Origin: the human T2T-CHM13v2.0 reference genome, Homo sapiens
Reading direction: 5' to 3' (one strand)
DNA: 64,000 nucleotides
NCBI RefSeq assembly: GCF_009914755.1
Contig: NC_060939.1
Shown here: positions 60,166 through 64,000 of the stretch, one piece after another
Layout: every line of letters starts with the position of its first letter
How positions within the stretch are numbered: the stretch's first letter is position 1
Notes under the pieces: generated by a model
Database searches by the model: none
Told to the model about the DNA's origin: nothing
Seen by the model: the letters and a program-made list of their open reading frames with translations, nothing else
Program-made: the position numbers and the translations under genes

Positions 60166-60838
60166 TGTCCACTGAAGAATGACGAGGTTCATACATTTGC
60201 AAAGGGGAGCTTTATTTCTCACAAAGGGTTGAAGCCTTCAGGGTGCCATTTTGACAGGCTGGAGGCTATGCTAAAAACAGATACTTCAAGGGAGGGGAAA
60301 AAAGGAACAGGAATTTATGCTAAACAATGTGCTCAAATATACATATTCAACAAGCTATAGGAGGAGCATGAATATATATGAAAGGAGAAATGTACGCACA
60401 TGCAGTTGAGCTTCATGCCCTTTCATGGGTCTCATGTGACAAAAATAGCAGCATTAGCATGATCTAAGGGTGGAGTTTTCAGCCCTCTGCTGTCAAAAGG
60501 TGAAGCAGAGTACATGTAGGGCTTTACTGTGCCCTCTCCAGACTGGCCAGAGCCACTCCATGGTCAGTGGTCTCTTATCAGGCAAAAAAGGAGGGGCGGC
60601 ATGAGGTTGTTAGTTGATATCAGTGTGGAGTCTTTTGAAAGAGTTAGTTTCTGTTGAACCCTTAGAGAAGAAAGTCTAATAGAAGTTAATGAAGGAGGGG
60701 GCATAAGGAAGCATGCCCCATCTTCTTCTATCCCACTGTGGCCAAGAACTCAGTTTTCAAGGTTACTCTGGGGTCCCCTTGGCCAAAGAAGGTCCATTCA
60801 GTCAGTTGGGGAGCTTAGAATTTTATTTTTATTTTACA
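60166..60838 (-). mobile_element. ERV1 solo LTR (MER4 group)
   Basis: TG...CA ends with a perfect 4-bp TSD GTGG (60162-60165 and 60839-60842). Reverse complement begins TGTAAAATAAAAATAAAATTCTAAGCTCCCCAACTGACTGAATGGACC. Minus-strand AATAAA at 60211-60216. Confidence 0.85.
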
Positions 60839-60889
60839 GTGGACAGGTAGATTGCTACAGATATCTGAAAGGTAGGTTGGCAGTATCTA

Positions 60890-60963
60890 TTAGATTGGTG
60901 CAATTGTGGTTTTTGTCATTACTTTTAATGGAAAAAAACACAATCACTTTTGCACCAATCTAA
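60890..60963. mobile_element. MADE1 (Hsmar1-derived MITE)
   Basis: TTAGATTGGTGCAA...TTGCACCAATCTAA flanked by TA TSDs. The left arm has a short deletion. Confidence 0.88.
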
Positions 60964-62149
60964 TATTAAATGCATGTACCTTGCACAATCCTACTTTTGT
61001 AAAACTATCCTACAAATAAAAGAATCAATGTATAAAGTTGTGTGTTCAAATGTGTTTGTTGAAGGGTTGTTGACAGTGACTCTCAAATGAAAACAATCTG
61101 AATGTCCATCATTAGGATAAATTGTGGCATGTCCCTATGGGTACACAGAGAAATATGTGGAAGGCTACATCCTAGGCTGTCAACATGGATTATCTCAACT
61201 GAAGTGGTATTGGGAGATGGTATAATAAATGTGTGACTTAATTTGTTTATGAAATAGACAACTTTCCACCCCTAGCTAGCCTGGTGGTGAAAATGTCATC
61301 TTTAGGGATTAATTTTTCTATTTCTAAAAGTCTGTTGTTAAAATACAAATATTCCTGAAGTTGTTTTTCAGCCCTTAATACCCAGAGGTGGGAGAGAAAA
61401 TGCTGTGGTTGCTTTCCAGCCCCGACAGCAAGCTGACAGAACCATCTTAACTAGGACAGGTAGGTGTCTGTGTGGGAAAGGCAGGAGGAAAGGCCTCCGG
61501 CTCATGGCCTGACTGACATGCATCTCGTTGACACTAACATGTTGTCTAGGAAGGAGAACCAAAAGAGAGGAAAAGACACTGCGTGGAGGGGCTGATGGGG
61601 CACATACATTGACTGCTGCCTGAGGCCAGTGCTACTTAGGATGCTGCTCAGGTTTCCTTCCTGGTTCTTTGGGGATTAGCACAAGCACTGAGTTGGCCCT
61701 CTGCCAGCTGGAGGGGCCGCCAACAGGGATTGCCAAGGGGTCAAAGAATCAGCATCACTGGCTGAGAGAGCAGCTTTACCAGCAGAGATCAAAGGTGCCA
61801 GACGTGGTTTCTTTTGATTCACTCAGGGAGCAGGACAAGTAATCAGAAAAGTGTGATTTTCCTCTGCTCCAATAAAATAAAAAAACCTGCCGTTGTTATA
61901 AAGCACCAAGAGAATCAATAAGAGTTTCAGGAGACATTGGCACACCTCACAGGCAAAGCCCTGGAAACAAACTACTGCTTTCACCACAGTGTGAACTTCA
62001 GGGCAGAGGCTCTTTGGCTTGGATGAGTTTACAGTACAGCAAAACTGTCCTCCCCGTCACAGTGTATGTGGAACGGTATGTCCATGCTGGAGTAGCTGGA
62101 ATGTAAGTAGATTTAGTGTGCTAACATTAGAAAGAATGATACTACTAGC

Positions 62150-62345
62150 CAGAATTTAGTGAATACTTATTGTCTAAGTATGCGTATCATGTGATATTTG
62201 CAAGAACTCAATGAGTTAGGTACTATTCTATCCCATTTTAAAAATAAGGAAATTGAGGCACTGAAAGGTTAATTACCCAAAGTTCTAGAAATAAGAAGCA
62301 GTGGAGCTGGCATTCAGACAGAAGCAGTTGAACTCCAGAGCCTGG
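62150..62345. mobile_element. MIR
   Basis: cccattttaaaaataaggaaattgaggcactgaaaggttaa...gtggagctggcattc. Confidence 0.65.
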
Positions 62346-64000
62346 GATGTGATCACTACGTCACACTGCCTTCTCATGAAGAGACAACACCTCACAACGC
62401 AACCCCCAACACTGAGAACAAAGACCAAAGATGTGTCGCTGGAAAAGCCACTTGGACTCGGGCATCAGAATGGATCAGGGAAAGAACTTGGTGAGAGTAA
62501 GAAAGCCATGAGGTCACAAAGAATGCCAAAGTTCCATGGGGGCAATGTGTGCGCAGGACACAAGGAGCTCACAATGCTCTGAGGTCAAATCTAGGAAAGC
62601 CCTGTAGAGTGAGGTTGCAGGATCTACAGGGAAAAGTGAGTCATCTCAGGAACAAAGGGTGGGCTTGGGGACACATCCAGAAAGGACTTGAGACCATTAG
62701 TTGCTTAACAGACTATGGTTTAAAATTAAAGTAGAAACAGCTAAACCATATCTATATGATCTAATTTGTTTTTGACTACTTTCTCTGTTATAAAACACTT
62801 ATGTTATAAACACTTATGTTTATTGATTTCACTTTATTGGTATTGTTCCCACCCACCTGAACGCCTGGTTATCTGTCTTTACAGTTCCAATCTGAAGATT
62901 TTAAATCGCAACCTCAAGGCCAACATTCACCCATTCCTCAGTCCCTGTCTCTCCTTTCCAAGCTGGGAAATGGGAGGAAGCCTGTCCCAAACAGGACAGC
63001 CTCTGCCTCTGAGTTGGCATGAGTACAACAGTTTTTTTCTCTAAGTTGTTCTACTACCTAAAGCTGCGAGGTTCACACAAGGATGGGTGATATGTGTTAA
63101 TTGGAAAGTATATTTTATCTTCTCTGTCTAGAACAACTCAAATAACTTTGTATATTCTTAATACCAGTACTGTTATAATTATATAATTTAATTTATATAA
63201 ATATATATATACACATTCCCAACCAGTTAGCTAAATAAATCTGTGACTAATTCACAGAATTCAAATCACCGTGTGTATTCTGCATCATAAGACAACTAGT
63301 ATGAAGAAAATCCTAAGGTAGTGCTAAGAACATATTATCAGCATTTGTTCATTTTTCTGACTTAATTAAGAGTTACAAACTACCACTCTTTGATACTGAA
63401 CAATCAATGAGCTGTGTATAAGAGAATAACAAAAATAGTTTACTTATTCAACAAACATTTATTAATTTATTAGACTGCAAGGCTCTGAGCTAAGTACCAG
63501 GTTTACAAAAATAAACAAGACAAAATCTCAAGGAGTTGACAAACGAGTTTGACATATAGATAGATAAGTATTTACTAAACAAATGATGGAGGAATATATG
63601 GGAAGAGGAAGGAGGACCCAATGGGCTGGAGTGGGAGGTGGAACACCACAAGAGGATACACTTGATCTGAGTCTTGGCTGGAAGACCAGGCAGACAAAAG
63701 AGAGAGACAGGACTGGAAGAGGGAGCACCCTGGGCATGCAGGCAAGTTGCACAGCATGGATATGGCAATAGCAAGGAGTTTAGTGAGGCCAGAGGCTAGA
63801 ATCACTTTGAAGAAAAAAGTGAGAGTCAGCAGATGAGTTGCCAATTAAAGTGACTCTACTCTGTGTGCTAAATGTTAATAGCTGCAGCTATGCAAAATAG
63901 AAAAAGCAAAAATGTTCACAAATGACATGAGATTTCAACTTTAATGCTCTATTTTCTTAATTCTAAAATATCTCATTGATTTAAATAATACTTGATTGTA

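Noticed and set aside
62340-62470. Alternative coding first exon of GPR176 (ATG at 62465, MPESKWLFQRH...)
   Set aside because: The best donor (TT|GTGAGG, 62396) would create TGA on joining exon 2. Other donors are weak or out of phase, so it cannot be supported from sequence alone.

Overview
Primate (almost certainly human) genomic DNA, repeat-rich, with two tandem minus-strand genes. (1) GPR176, an orphan class A GPCR: the window holds its last two coding exons (40201-40453 and 34327-35449), a ~2.1 kb 3' UTR ending near an AATAAA at 32230-32235, and part of a long upstream intron (40454-64000). Its first exon lies beyond the window. (2) FSIP1, fibrous sheath interacting protein 1: CpG-island promoter and non-coding exon 1 (~15826-16040), exon 2 with the ATG (9597-9729) and exon 3 (3625-3808); the gene continues beyond position 1. 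Much of the remaining sequence is Alu, L1M, L2, MIR, MaLR/ERV LTR and DNA-transposon remnants. I found no prokaryote-like or foreign system. The most notable observations are: an exactly in-frame GPR176 exon 2 to FSIP1 exon 2 read-through junction with a CTCF site in the ~16 kb intergenic gap; a 47-bp palindrome made of two back-to-back DR5 nuclear-receptor elements in GPR176 intron 1; an RFX/ETS/BANP-type bidirectional promoter; and a ~60-bp templated copy that preserves a pre-Alu-insertion allele. Gene names and repeat subfamilies come from recognition, not from database searches.
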